A stretch of DNA of 64,000 nucleotides. Source: Chara braunii (Eukaryota > Plantae > Charophyceae). Shown piece by piece: positions 23,556 through 36,100 of this stretch. The position numbers and the translations under genes were made by a program. Under the pieces are notes generated by a model. That model was not told where the DNA came from. It did no database searches and saw nothing but the letters and a program-made list of their open reading frames with translations. The DNA lies in the NCBI GenBank assembly GCA_003427395.1, contig BFEA01000006.1:7074983-7138982 (forward strand), given 5' to 3'. Every line of letters begins with the position of its first letter. Position 1 is the stretch's first letter.

Positions 23556-25299
23556 GATGGTAGCTTTGGACTTCCTCTTGGCTGCAGCCTGCCATTCAGC
23601 CATGGAGGTTTGCATGCATGAGCGCATGGTCTTATTGTGCGAGATGGGACCACCATAGAACCGATAAGCTCCGCCATCCTAAATGTCAAGCAGCTGGGAT
23701 AGCCCCAAGGCCATCAAGGCCGTCTGCTACGACACAATGCCGACACCCAGATGTGAAAGGATGCCAAGCAAGCACCTTGATCCGACACGAATTCACGCAA
23801 GAAATGTCAATCTCAACGCAACACGAAAAGGAGTGGTGGTATGGGTACCAGGTTGAGTGAATTCTTCACTCGTGTTTTGAACCATGCGTTTTCAATACAC
23901 AGGTGGATATATCTGTCCATCCCAGTGTGTGGCTTCGAGCGGCAGATTTGACTTCCTCTTTGGCCACATTCTGTCATTTGACCACTGGAGAGCGATTTTT
24001 TTTTTGGTGAAAAACGAGTGGAGTATTTTCATTCGCTAGTTATAAATTTCTAGACATTTCTCTCTCTCGAGGGTTCTCAAGTGCATCCCTTCGCTGACGA
24101 CTGCCCACACTGAGACAGTTTTCATTTGGGTGGATACTCGGAGTTCCCGGTATACATCGGGCCTCGCGCCTACACATCGGGATCAAAAAATGTTGGCTGG
24201 CGTTCTGGAATCCCGGAGATGGGAATTGGCCCATGCTCTGTCTCAACAATTTCCCCTTGGGTACTGTGAAAACCTCGTAGGGATAACGACCTTCTTGTTG
24301 CCTCTCTACGTTGGCTTCCTGTGATGCGCCTGTCGGTCTGCACCTAGGCAAACGCAGCATACAGGTGCACGTTTGACTGTTGGTATGCACCTGGCAAACA
24401 TAACATACAGGTGCACATTGTGCAGCTTCTCAGCCGCACGTCTAGCGACCTTTCCCTTGAAAGCACCACTTGAGCATTCAAAATCTTCCCCTACCTTGTT
24501 TTACCAGTCAGAAATTCCTGCAGGCATTCCAGGTGGCTGCATAGGGTCTCATTTCCAACTCCAAAAACACTGCCATGTTGGTGTGTATGCCGAAGAAATG
24601 AGTTCCCCAACACATGCTGACACGGAACATGTACCGCAAGTTTGGCCTCGTCTTTCTGGCATGTGATGCTACTGAAAGCGAGTTCAAGCACCACTGGACC
24701 CTGAGGCCCAATCGCCGAAACTGCAGGTTAGGTTTGGAAGTTGAGGCGGCTGCTTTATTGCTGCCATAATTTGGTTATGTACAAAATGGTCACCATACTC
24801 TGCCTAGATAAACATCCTCAGGCAGCAATTCTGTGTTTTGGATCGCCTGTCCTCTGATTCAATGTTCTACTGTTGCAGGGAGGTAATCCTCTGCTGTACA
24901 CGAGGGCAATCAGTAACTGCGAGGGGGTGATCTATAAGTAAAACACAACTGTTCAAAAAAAAAAAAAAAAAAATGAAAAAAGGTAATATTTTGCAGATTT
25001 TGGATAAGCCGCCCAGTTTTAGATAAGATGCACAATGCCGGGGGCGCGGCGCTTCCGGGAGCGCTGCGCCCCGCCGCCCGCAGCTGGAAACTCGCGCGCG
25101 TAAAGTGGTCGTAGGGTGTAACGCGGGTAGGGGGTGATCGGACGGCGGGAGGACGGGGAGATGGAGCGCGCCTCGGCGTCCCCTACTTTTGAAAGCACCT
25201 CGGTGCCATCTCCGGCTTGCGCTTCACTCAGTGGTGTCACAGGTTGGCGCGTTGGGTGAAGGGGAGTGTACCTTCGAGAGGCGTATGAATTTTGGCGCT

Positions 25300-25775
25300 A
25301 ATACCATCGTCATCATTCTTGTTATCATCCTTGCCATCATCATCCTTGTCATCATCACCATTTCATCGACCTTAGTTCTGGGTGTTCGTCAGTTGATTAT
25401 CATCTGTTTGTAGTTATTAGTGGGCGCTGGCGCGTCATCATCTTACACGATCGTCACAATCTTACATGATTATCATTATCATCTCGATCACTGTCACATC
25501 AGGAATATCATCCGCATTATCATCATCTCGTCAGTATCATCATCATCATTATCGATAGTACCATCTTTATTGCTATTATCACTACCATCATCATCATCAT
25601 TATCATCAGACTATATCTCAGGAATATCATCAGCATTATCATCATGTCGTCGCTATCATCACTACCATCATCATCATCATTATCATCAGATTATATCGCA
25701 GTCGTAATCGCAGGGACTGTTCATTATCGGTTGTTTTCTAATTGAGAGGTGAGTTGGCAGTATCATCATCTTCAT
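25300..25775. repeat. Degenerate (ATC)n-rich low-complexity tract
   Basis: Recurrent tcatca/ttatca triplets. Confidence 0.85.
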
Positions 25776-25849
25776 TCAACAAAATCTAAACGAACAATAT
25801 CTTGGTAAGCATGGCGCAAATAATTGTAGTCGGCTGGATTGGATTATTC

Positions 25850-26894
25850 CCGGATGGTTGATTGGGTGGGTAAGGGGTGGGGGGAGCTCCATCCTGCAGA
25901 GGCATCGCAAGGCGGGGGGCGAATGTCTCAAAAGGGGTAGGGGCGAAGTAGGGGGTTGCCCTATTCCGGGGCAAGGGGCTGTGTGTGTGGGTCAACATTA
26001 GTCCCTGCGGAGGCGGAAATGGGCAGGGGATGGGGGGGCATGCTTTAGGCGGGAACTGTATGCTCCTGGGGAAAGGGGGGAGGGGTTTCGGTCCTATATT
26101 GGGGCCGAGGGAGAGTGGGTGACTCCCCTCAGCGGAGGCAGTGTAGGACTGAGGGGGGAGGGGTAGGGGGTGGGAGGGGCGATCTCTGACGAAGAAACTT
26201 ATCATCCAGTTTACTACTACTTGGTTGCCTTTCGAGGAGGTGGTGGGATAGGTGTTATCTGGCAAATCCACTTATGATCCTATAAGGGATGGTTGAAAAG
26301 TCGGTGGCCCTCGTGGATCGATGCTGGAGCAACGCTGGCCGGAGCTGGAGCCAGGTGGCGCAACTCTGTGACCTAGCTTAGTGGGGGCGTGAGGCCTGGT
26401 AGAGAGCTCTGGGGGGCTGTTTGGGGGCAGTGGTCATCGGGGGTCGTAATGGGCGCGATGTTGGCCTGTGCTGGAGCAAGGTGGTGCAACTCTGTAACCT
26501 AACCTGATGGGGGCATGAGGCCCGGAAGAGCTCCGGTTCGTGCTGATTTTAGCCATACTGGCGGTGGTTGTAGGTTGATTGAGTAGGTTTCACCTATTCG
26601 CAGGACCTCAGCGGTAGGCTACTACAAGAGTTATATCCTAATTGGCATCAGAGATCTAGGATCTGTTCCATGCTTTTGAGTCTTGTCGTGCTTATAGATG
26701 GCTTTCAGTGTGTAGGTTGCATAGTTTTCATCTTTAGCCGAAGCCAGGGAATGGCCCTGGTATCTTAAAGGTTTCTGCAAAATTTCTTCAATATGTTTTT
26801 GAATGGGACGCTGGGCCCGGTTCCCAGCACGTGTTGCTCCCCACGAATAGATTGGAGCATGTCCAAAAAGAAAAAAGAAAAAAAGAAAAAAAAA
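25850..26894 (+). mobile_element. 5'-truncated LINE 3' tail (G-rich UTR, conserved terminal module, A-rich tail)
   Basis: 26803-26858 atgggacgctgggcccggttcccagcacgtgttgctccccacgaatagattggagc matches the LINE A 3' UTR (reverse complement of ~12917-12972). A-tail ~26865-26894. Left end approximate. Confidence 0.65.
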
Positions 26895-28565
26895 GCACAA
26901 TGCCCCGCTGAAATGACCCGACTCCCAACTCTCAGCTAAAACACATGCTGCATTTCCGTTTTTCAATCGAAAGAAGCAATATTTCACAGATCTCGCTGTA
27001 TCCGGTCAATCGCAACAAGATGGGCAAGTGCGGCTTCGCCAGCTTTGTACGCCGTCTGAGAAACGGTCAGAAACCACACTAATTAAAGACTACAAATTTG
27101 GGTAGCTCCACACCCAAACCCGTGCGGAATTATCAAGTTGTAAAATTCCATAACCATATGGCACTAAGACACTCGCCAGAACACAAATGCACACTCCACA
27201 CCCTTGCACATCAGCACAACATTCGCAAATCCACGATACATGACGACACTATGTTCAAAAACACTTAGAACCGAACCAGGAATGACATTGGTAAGCCCAT
27301 TTTTCTACCACGACCAGCAACACCTTTCCCATTATTTTACACTCAACCACACACAAAGCAGCAGTAACACACAAACCAAATCTGAAATCCCGGACACACT
27401 GTATTTCCCGACAACAATGTTCAGGTGAGTGACAAATGCGAGCGGTGTGAAGGAACACAGACACATCTAATTTTTACCCCGCGTAACGGCAGGATAAATC
27501 ACCGCTTGCAGTCCAAATAACGACACATTGCCATTACCTCTCAAACAAATGGCACTGTACAGAACACGAGTCCCACGACAACAACTTGCTAGCAATTCAC
27601 CGTAAATGAACCCAAATGCAAATTCCAAACATGAACACCATACCCCAGAATTCTTTTTTTTTTTTTTTTTTTTTTAATATAACAGACCCTCTCGGTTCTG
27701 GCTCCTGCCATTCTGGGGAGCAACAGTCCGGTTCCTATTCCCCCGGCAAGTCAGATATGAATACAGAGAAAACACGCGCACGCTCCTCCCCATTATGGCT
27801 GAGAGGCCCGAGTGGACGCCATTGATTACTTCCGTAGGGAAGGATGTACCACCCCTCACCCTTGCCTAAGTTAGCCTATATCTACTACCTTCTGTTCCTC
27901 TGAGCTGCCTAGCTCCTAGCTCTTCTCAGCTGAGTTCTGTTCGGATAAAACTGAACGCTAGAGCTGATGTCGGGGGCTGGGATCTAAGGGTTTGCTTAAA
28001 CAATTATTTATACCCGCTCTTCCCCAGGAACTCGAAAGAACTTGCCCACTTCTCGAGCTCTATGGTGTTTTATCCTCTGAACTCCCTTTCTCCCATCTTT
28101 TGGGCTGTCAGGTACTCTAGATCCTGTCTGTACTGCTGTTTCTGCCTTCTGCCTTTTCTTAAACCCTAAACCCTAGGCTATTCGGGTCGTCTGTTACGCG
28201 CAGATTGTAGCTTTTTCCTGTTAAGTCAGTAAGGTTTCTAGAGGGTTTTGCCCTTTTTTTAAGTTTTTTGCCGATTCTTATGGATTTACCCGTAAGGTGG
28301 GATTCTTTATTGAAGTTTATTCCACTCTTCTTTTTTCCTTTTTTCTTCCCTTACGTTTCCTAAGCCCTCTCGAGTCCTTGTACACTTTTCTTTTATGCAT
28401 CTACTTAATCCTAAGCCCTGGCCTTCCTTCCCTTAGGTGTTCCCTCTGCGGCGTTAGGCCCTTGGCCTTCCTCCCCTTTCTTGGCTTTCTCTGTTCTATC
28501 TTGATTTCAAGTGGGGGAGGGGACGACTTCTCGGTTTTCCTCAGTACTCCTAATCTAAGGACTTT

Positions 28566-30180
28566 TTATCCGTCCCGGTCCATGGATTCCGTCTCTGTGT
28601 TTTCTATTCTTTGTCCGTCTGCACTTGGCTCGCACCAATTCGTAAAGCAGATCACTCTTTCTGTTATTCGTGCTATTAAACCTTCTTTCAACCATGTTTC
28701 TTCAATTTCTTTTTGCATGCTAGTCTTCCTTTGGATGTCCTCTTCTTTGTCAATTTTCCTTAGTGTATGCTTCCATTCTACTCTAATTTCCGTTTCCATC
28801 AATTCTTTGGCCTCCTCCCAGGATTCATTCATGGATATTCTCTTTTTTCCTATTGTTCCCCCGCATCTTGCTTTCCATATTACCCATAGTGTGGTTTTCC
28901 TCATCAGTTCCAACAACTCCATATTCTCTTCTGGGGCCGTGTTTTCCAGATCCAAGGTCGTAAGCAGGAGAAACTGGTCTGTTGGGAAGTTTGAGGCGGT
29001 AATGTTGAACCAAACTCTTTTGCACCTGTCCTATAGGGTTGAGGTGTGTTGGCAATCTAGTAGGCAGTGGGTTAGCGTTTCCGTCTGATGCTCCGTGCAC
29101 ATTTGGCACATTGCAGATGTTGGTGATCTTTCTTCCTCCCTGCGTCTTTTATCCAGCCAGGCATTTACCGGAAGTGCGTGATATATTATTAGCCATTGTA
29201 GGCTTCGTATCCTTTGTGGTTTCATTGAGGAATAGTACGTCCATGGGATTGAGCTCAGTCTGTTTGGGTCTATTTGGAGGTCCTTCTCCCACCTTGTGGT
29301 TATTGCTGGGAGTGGGTTTTCTGCCTTGCATCTGGATTTGTAGCCCACTTTAACTGTGTACTCGTGCAATGCTATCCACTTCTTGGCTCTACCCCTTCCC
29401 CTTTCTTCGTACCAGCCCCATTCCCTAGGGTCTACTTCCAATTCTGTTATGTCCTTGTCGGGCCTGAACAGCCAGATGGGGTCGTTCTCTTTTCCTCTCC
29501 TCTTCTTTTCCCTCCTTTGCTCATTTTTCAATTCTCTGACTTTCCGCAGGTCCTGGGTGTTGAATTCCAGCTTTATTAGTGGGTTTCTTCGCACTTCTGT
29601 AATTGCCTTCCCTGTTCCTTCTAACTCGTGAACCTCAAAAGGTTGCTATATCTCTGGTTGCTATATCTCTGTCAATCACTGACTGTTGGATGAAACACAG
29701 GGCTACAGAGGGCGTGTTTTGGCTTTTTAAAGTTGCCCAATCCCCCTTTTTCCATGACTTGTCCTTTTCAACAGCTTTCTCCAGGCTATTGGTATGCTGT
29801 CTATCAGTTCTTCGAGGTTCTTTTGTAGATTGTGTACTCCCCGCAAGTTTGGTCTTAGTTCCTCTTCCCTTTTCCATCTTCGGTTTCCATCATCCCATAG
29901 GTGTGCTACTTTCCATATTGCCTTTTTCCACCCACACCCTCCATCTCTTATCCTTTCCTAGAAGTGTCCAGCGTACTTCATGGCGATCTTTTAGTAATTC
30001 GTTTTCGAATAAGGGTTGGGGTAACACTTCTTCTTTTGAGTTTGGTCCCCTCCTCCTTTGTGGTAGTGCCTCCTCCCATGCAGCGATTAGTTTTGCCCAG
30101 TGGTGGCTTGGCGTATCAACGGTAGGGGGATGTCCCCTTGGCCTGAGCCTTATACCTTCCCTCCTCGGAGCCCAGTGCTT
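28566..30180 (-). pseudogene. LINE B ORF2 C-terminal part (zf-RVT region)
   Basis: PLFEN, LQWLIIYHALPVN, CQMC..ETLTHCLLDC, LWVIWKARC. Confidence 0.85.
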
Positions 30181-31959
30181 ATTCAGGGAAAGCAATGAAG
30201 CCATGACCAAATTCTTTTTTCAAAAAATTAAAGCCAATAGCAGAAACAATAGGATTATGGAACTACTGAGAGACGACGAGGGGAGAATAAGGAGGAACCA
30301 AAGAGCCCTCCTAAAAATTGCAGCGAATTTCTATAAAAAGCTATATACCTCTCAATCTCTCCCAGAAAACAGCCACTCCATAGAAAGGGCACGAGAAAAA
30401 TTCATTAAGCATTTCGACAGGAGCATAAGACCGGAAGTTGCGGCGTACCTAGACAAAGATCTCTCCATAGAGGAAATTCATAGGGCCCTAGACGGCATGA
30501 AACCAAATAAAGTACCAGGCATAGACGGCTTGACAAGGGAGTTCTGGCAGGAATTTTGGCCAGTACTAGGAAAAGATCTCTTCCGCTTTTTCCAGGAGGC
30601 ATATAAGAAGGGAAGTTTAGGAGAAGATATCAGCACAGGGGTAGTGACACTCCTCTGTAAGAAAGGAGAAAAGGAAGACATAAGAAACTACAGACCAATC
30701 ACTCTTCTACCAGTAACCTACAAGATACTAGCAAAAGCACTGGCAAACAGACTAAGAAACATGACAGATAAATGTTTCCACTTAGACCAAACAGGCTTCA
30801 TTCCAGGCCGATACATCTTAGACAATGTAGTCTGCCTTAATGAAGCGACCAAATTAATAAGAGACAAGAAGATACAAGCAGCAATACTATTCTTCGATTT
30901 TGAGAAAGCATATGATCAGGTAAATCGCGATTTCCTACAGACATGTATGGAAAAAATGGGGGAAGGACCAGTGTTCAGAAAGTGGGTCAAGGTCCTATGT
31001 GCGGATGCAAGAGGGAAAGTACAGGTAAATGGATTTTTATCGGACACGTACAAAATGTCAAGATCAGTTAGATAGGGAGACCCCTTAGCTGCACCGATTT
31101 TCTTATTTGTAATGGAAGCCATCGCAGCGTTCCTAAGGAAGGATCCCTCAATAGAAAGGCTACAAGCCGTGAATGACATTCACAATAGACGAGTGCACTT
31201 ACCTACGGCGATGCTATTTGCGGATGATCTAACAGTCTTAATACAAGCCGTGAATGACATTCACAATAAACGAGTGCACTTACCTACGGCGATGCTATTT
31301 GCGGATGATCTAACAGTCTTAATAAGAGCATTAGACTCATCCTTTCAGGCATTGACAAGAGTAATGCAGGCATTCCAACTAGCATCAGAAATAAAGATTA
31401 ATTGGAGGAAAACAGTAGGCTGGTGGAATGCAGATTCAGCACCCCCCCCAGCCACAGAGGAAGCACAGGGTCTGCAATGGATGAATCACCAAGACCCCGT
31501 GAGGTTCCTGGGCATAGCAGTCACCATGTCCGGCTTTAGTGAATCAATTGCTGCTAACCTGTTTGCAGCAGTCATGAACAAATACATAGGGTGGCAAAGG
31601 GTATACACATCCTTGATGGGAAGGGCCCTAGTCATTAACTCGTCAGTTTTCTCCATGATCTGGTACACAGCTTCAATTTGGGATCCACCAAAGAATTTCA
31701 CCAAGGAGCTAAAGAAAAAAACAGCGGCCTACCTATGGACGGGGGATGCTTCCAGGGATCACTTTATTACAAAGGTAGCATTGGCATATGTAATTAACTC
31801 AGCTAACAGAGGAGGACTAGGTCTTATAGATCCGGCAGCGGAATACAAAGCGCTGCAAGCTAAATGGATACTAAGATTAGTACTAAAACCAGAACTCCCA
31901 TGGCAAGAAATGGCGCTGTACCAAGTCAGAAATTTGCTGCCTTTCAAAGCGCACGAGAG
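30181..31959 (+). pseudogene. LINE B ORF2 reverse-transcriptase part (inverted segment)
   Basis: TKFFF, KVPGIDG, NYRPITLL, DFEKAYD, R*GDPLA (Q to stop at 31073), LFADD (duplicated), GGLGL. Confidence 0.93.
31161..31322 (+). repeat. 81-bp in-frame tandem duplication spanning the RT FADD motif
   Basis: 31161-31241 and 31242-31322 differ at one position. Confidence 0.95.
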
Positions 31960-32712
31960 CATACCCCATAATTCTTTACACCTCACACAAACAAAACCCT
32001 ATCCCCCACCCTAGAACATATCAGCATTAAATTAACTGAACCGAAGTACGTACACTGTACAGTGGGCCAGCAACAACTCCCATGAGGTCAATGGAGGTCC
32101 TCCGCAACACCGAGACTCTGGACGTCCAAAGAGTGAACTGCGCAATTCTCGTACTCTTCGGAGTTCACGGTACACAGGCCGTGCTGTGTATAGTGAACCC
32201 ACAGTGCAGCCTCCATGCTTTGCGAGGCTCCACTAAGCACATTCTCCCACTTCAGATTTTGCAGGCAGCGGAGGATACGAGGCCATTCTCATCTGACAAA
32301 GCCTACAAAGCTGCACTTGCAATCATTGACATACTTGCACTTGACACAGTGTTATCAAAAACACAAATGGCAGTTCATTGTAGCACAATACGGTTGTACT
32401 TTCTGGGGGTAAGGGGAGTGGGGGGGGGGGGGAGAATATTGTTCCAAGCTGGGGCCGACAGGGAGGGTCTACAATTATGATATTCCTTTTCATCGGAGGC
32501 AGCGACGGGACAGATTGGAAAGATGGAAAGAAGGGGGGGGGGGGTTTGGATGGGGATTTTCTGGGTTCTTTCTTTTAATATGTGCTATGTGCGTAGCACG
32601 GAGCTCCTCACAGAGCTAATCTCCATTGAATCCTGTCCTATACATCACTGTCCAGGTTATGTCAAGCATTTATGTCTTCTATACTTCCTGGGCGACATCT
32701 GGTTTTCTTTTG

Positions 32713-33091
32713 TATTGGATACGGAGTTTCAGGGATGATTGAATCTTGGTTGATGCCTTGCAGATCGGTGATGTTTTATGCTCTTGGTTTGCCGCTGCCA
32801 GAACAACGCTGGCAGGTGCTGGGGCTTACTGCCCTGTGACCTGTTTGTGTCAGGAGCGTGAGGCCTGGTAGAGAGATCTGGGGATTCGCCAAGGGAGGAA
32901 GGCAATCCAGTGGCGAACTGAGGGGGTCTGTTGTGACAACCTAAGGGGCCGGGTGCAGTCTTGGTAGTGAGAACACGATAGATTTGGGGGTATTGGTCAG
33001 GATGCCTTCGTTCTTGAACTGTTGTGTCTGGTAAGGGAGGCTAGGAATTGTTTAGGGGTTGTGAGGACAGGTTTTTGCTGATGTAGTTCAT
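32713..33091 (+). repeat. ~380-bp dispersed repeat, copy 1
   Basis: Colinear with 42872-43252 (shared gatgattgaatc, tgaggcctggtagagag, ggcaatccagtggcgaa, gatgtagttcat). Partial homologue at ~26310-26540. Confidence 0.85.
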
Positions 33092-33153
33092 CCAGTCCAA
33101 GCGTAGTATCCCACTAATTATGCTATGTTACACTTACCTGGCTTCCTCGTATC

Positions 33154-36100
33154 TTTTTTTTTTTTGTTTTTTTTTTTCCAGAACCTCTCGGTTCTGGCTC
33201 CTGCCATTCTGGGGAGCAACAGTCCGGTTCCTATTCCCCCGGCAAGTCAATAATGAATACATAAGTAACTCACTCGCGCTCCTTCCCGTTATAGCTGAGA
33301 GGACCGAATAGACGACATTGATTGCTTCCTCAGGGAAGGATGTACCACTTCACACCCCTGCCTAAGTTAGCCTACATCCTTCTGCCTCAGAATCCTCATA
33401 ATCCTCTTACATCTTAATGTCATCAGATAAGGATGCCTCTTCAGTCAGAAATGTAACCGCCAAATAAGAGTGATCTATCTAGCATCCTTTGTCTAGATCC
33501 TCCGCTTATCTATTCCTTTCCTTTTAACCTTCCTCCCCTCCCCCAAACCATTCCAAATTCACCAAAGCAAGTCTTGACTGAGGAAAAGGGTTTGGAAATA
33601 AAGCTGTTGATCTTAATGAAGCTCCCGGTTGGATATCAAACCAGTTATGAAACATAATCTTGTAGTCCCTTATGAATGACTCATGTTGCCCTTCCCCCCC
33701 TTCCTCCCCTGGCCAAATAACTTCCTCCAATTTCTCCTTCGACTCATCCCGCAGGCATTCCAATTTAAATTCCTCAATTTTTTGCTTTTCTTTGTTTGAA
33801 TTGTGAAAGTCTTTCTTTCATAATTTCCCATTGAGCTCTGATTTCTGTTTGCATAAAATGTTGAATTACTTCTAACGTTTCCTTCCCTTCCATACTTGTT
33901 TTTTCAATTGTTATTACACATTTTTTTTGCCATAAAACCCATAAAACAGCTTTTCTGCCCAACCGGAAGAAATTTTGTTGAAACACTGATAATTCAATTA
34001 ATATCGGATTCCAGAACCTTAGAAGGATTGCTCTCCAATCCCATGGCCATTCCAGTCCTGTTATCCTATGCCACACATAATCGCACCGACGCCATATCAA
34101 AACAGAACCTGGACATTACAGAAAAATGTGTTTTATAGTTTCTCTGAATTTCCTACTAGGAAAGGTATGTACACAGGAGATAAACCATGATAACGGCACT
34201 CCCCTCTGCTCCAGCGTAGAGTGATCTTTATCCAGTCATTCGTGGGCAAACACTTGTGCATTAGCTGTCACTGTAATGACGCAAACTTAGCTGGCCTCTC
34301 CTTTAAGCTTTGGAACCATCTCACCGGTTTAATTACTTCCTCATATATATTAAGGTGCTTGCACCATCGTTCTCTTATGATTTTTGACACCTCTATTTTA
34401 GGGCGTAATAATCGATAGGATGCCTTAACCGACAAGGATTGTAATCTTAGGGGTTTGCTCCTCCTGCTTACCCGCCAGGTCCACTCTGCTGGATCCAGCG
34501 GGAGATCCTGAATAGAAAGATGTGGAAGGAATGTTATCCATCCTTTTGTTGATGCCTCATATAAAGCTCTTATCCTATACATTTCATGAAAGGGAAAAAA
34601 TATTACTTTATCTTGGACTTTATTAGAAATCCTATTATCCTTTTGCATGTTCAGTACATTTACCACCGCCCTCTCCTTATGGACGTCCAGGATTTGACCT
34701 ACTGACTTTGTTTGACCCATCTTGCAGGTTTATGCATACCCAATCTGTTGTCCTAAAGATCGTTTTTTTTTTAAGCGCCCTTATCTATGCCAGAGGGACC
34801 GCAGAGATTAGTTTCTCCAGATTGTCATATAACCTGTGTGCATATTTAATATTTTTTCTGAGTTTGTCCACTGCTTTCCAGTTCCTGGTCTCCTGGTCTC
34901 ATAAATCCTTGATTTTTACTATCCCATATTTTATCCATATGGCCCATGGAGATTTCAAACTGATGAAGACTGTACCATGTTGATCAGTGAGCCATCTAGT
35001 CCCAAACAGTGGGTGTCTTAACACTTCCTCATATCTTTTTTGAGAGTTTTTATTTGGTGATGCTAATTCCCTCCAATTTTTTAATTGTCCTGCCCAGAGT
35101 ATTAATTCATTTATAACCGCACCTCTTGTTCCTTTTTCTGTGTGAATCCTTTGAGGTCGAGAAATAGTCCAGTACTTGCTTTCCACCCATATAAGTGGGT
35201 GTACTTCTTTGACTGTTTTGGGCGCCAACCTACGGATTTGTTCCAAAGCCAGATCTCGCCATGGTATATCCTAACCTATAATTAATCGTTTCATTACTTA
35301 TAATGTCAGTGTCTGACCTTGAATTTTAGGGTCAAGGATACCCAGGCCTCCATTAGTTTTTGACTGTCCTCCAGGCCACTCTTGGGATCACATGTGGTGT
35401 TTTATGATCTCCACACCATAAAAAAGCGATGAGCTGCCTTTGTAATTCTTTAATTGGTTTATTGTTTGATGTCCAAAGAAAAGATTTGTATCAGATTGAG
35501 GCTAGTACCACGTTATTAATTATTAGTGTTTTGCCAAAAATTGATTTATGTTTATTTTTTCGTAGTTTCATTTTTTTCAAAGCCGGTGAGGATATTCATT
35601 GATCATTCGTAATTGGTTTTCCTTGGGCTGTGAGGATCACTCTTAGTACCCTAATAGAAGCCTCCAAAGGAACCCACTTAATCCTAGGATGTTTTAGTGG
35701 CCTCACCCCTTGAGAGTGAATCCACCACCTTTGCGTTTTGTTTCACTAATTAATTAACATATCTGATACTGCAGAAAACTTATCCATTAATGTTTTAATT
35801 TCCTCAAGATTCGACGATGTTGCCTCCATCATTATGGTAAGGTCATCTGCGAACATAGAATAGATTGGGATAGCTTCCTCAGGAATGTTAGTAATCTTCA
35901 GACGTTGGAGATTATTATTTCTCTTGAGATTTGCCCTCAGTGTTTTCATAATGATCACGATTCACAAATAAGAAGGAGACTAAGGGGTCTCCCTGTCTTG
36001 CCGATCTTTGGAGAGGGATTTCAGGGGAGAGCAACGCATTAACTTGTATTCTAGTGGTGGCATTTGCGTGAAGAATTTGCACTCACTTCCGCAGTGTAGA

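Larger units (their letters stand above)
27654..31959. mobile_element. LINE B: 5'-truncated L1-clade element with a 5' inversion (twin priming)
   Basis: Poly(T) 27654-27675, minus-strand ORF2 C-terminus to ~30180, plus-strand RT 30181-31959. TSD cataccccagaattc (27639-27653) / cataccccataattc (31960-31974). Confidence 0.9.

Noticed and set aside
25786-26271. Proline-rich 161-aa minus-strand ORF
   Set aside because: It is the reverse read of G-tract-rich sequence upstream of a LINE tail, with no domain signal.
27864-27877. gcctaagttagcc in the LINE B/C tails resembling the array core taagttag
   Set aside because: Only an 8-nt overlap, without the CCCT/AGGG stem; likely chance.
28160-28175. 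Telomeric or telo-box repeat taaaccctaaaccct
   Set aside because: Only two units inside a LINE 3' UTR, too short to call an interstitial telomere.
29603-30180. N-terminal extension of the 490-aa RT ORF as a novel fusion domain
   Set aside because: It is the antisense read of the minus-strand ORF2 segment across the inversion junction.
32790-32930. HDV-like or hammerhead ribozyme in the 380-bp repeat (tggcgaa motif)
   Set aside because: I could not assemble the nested double pseudoknot or a CUGANGA/GAAA core by eye; only simple hairpins are supported.
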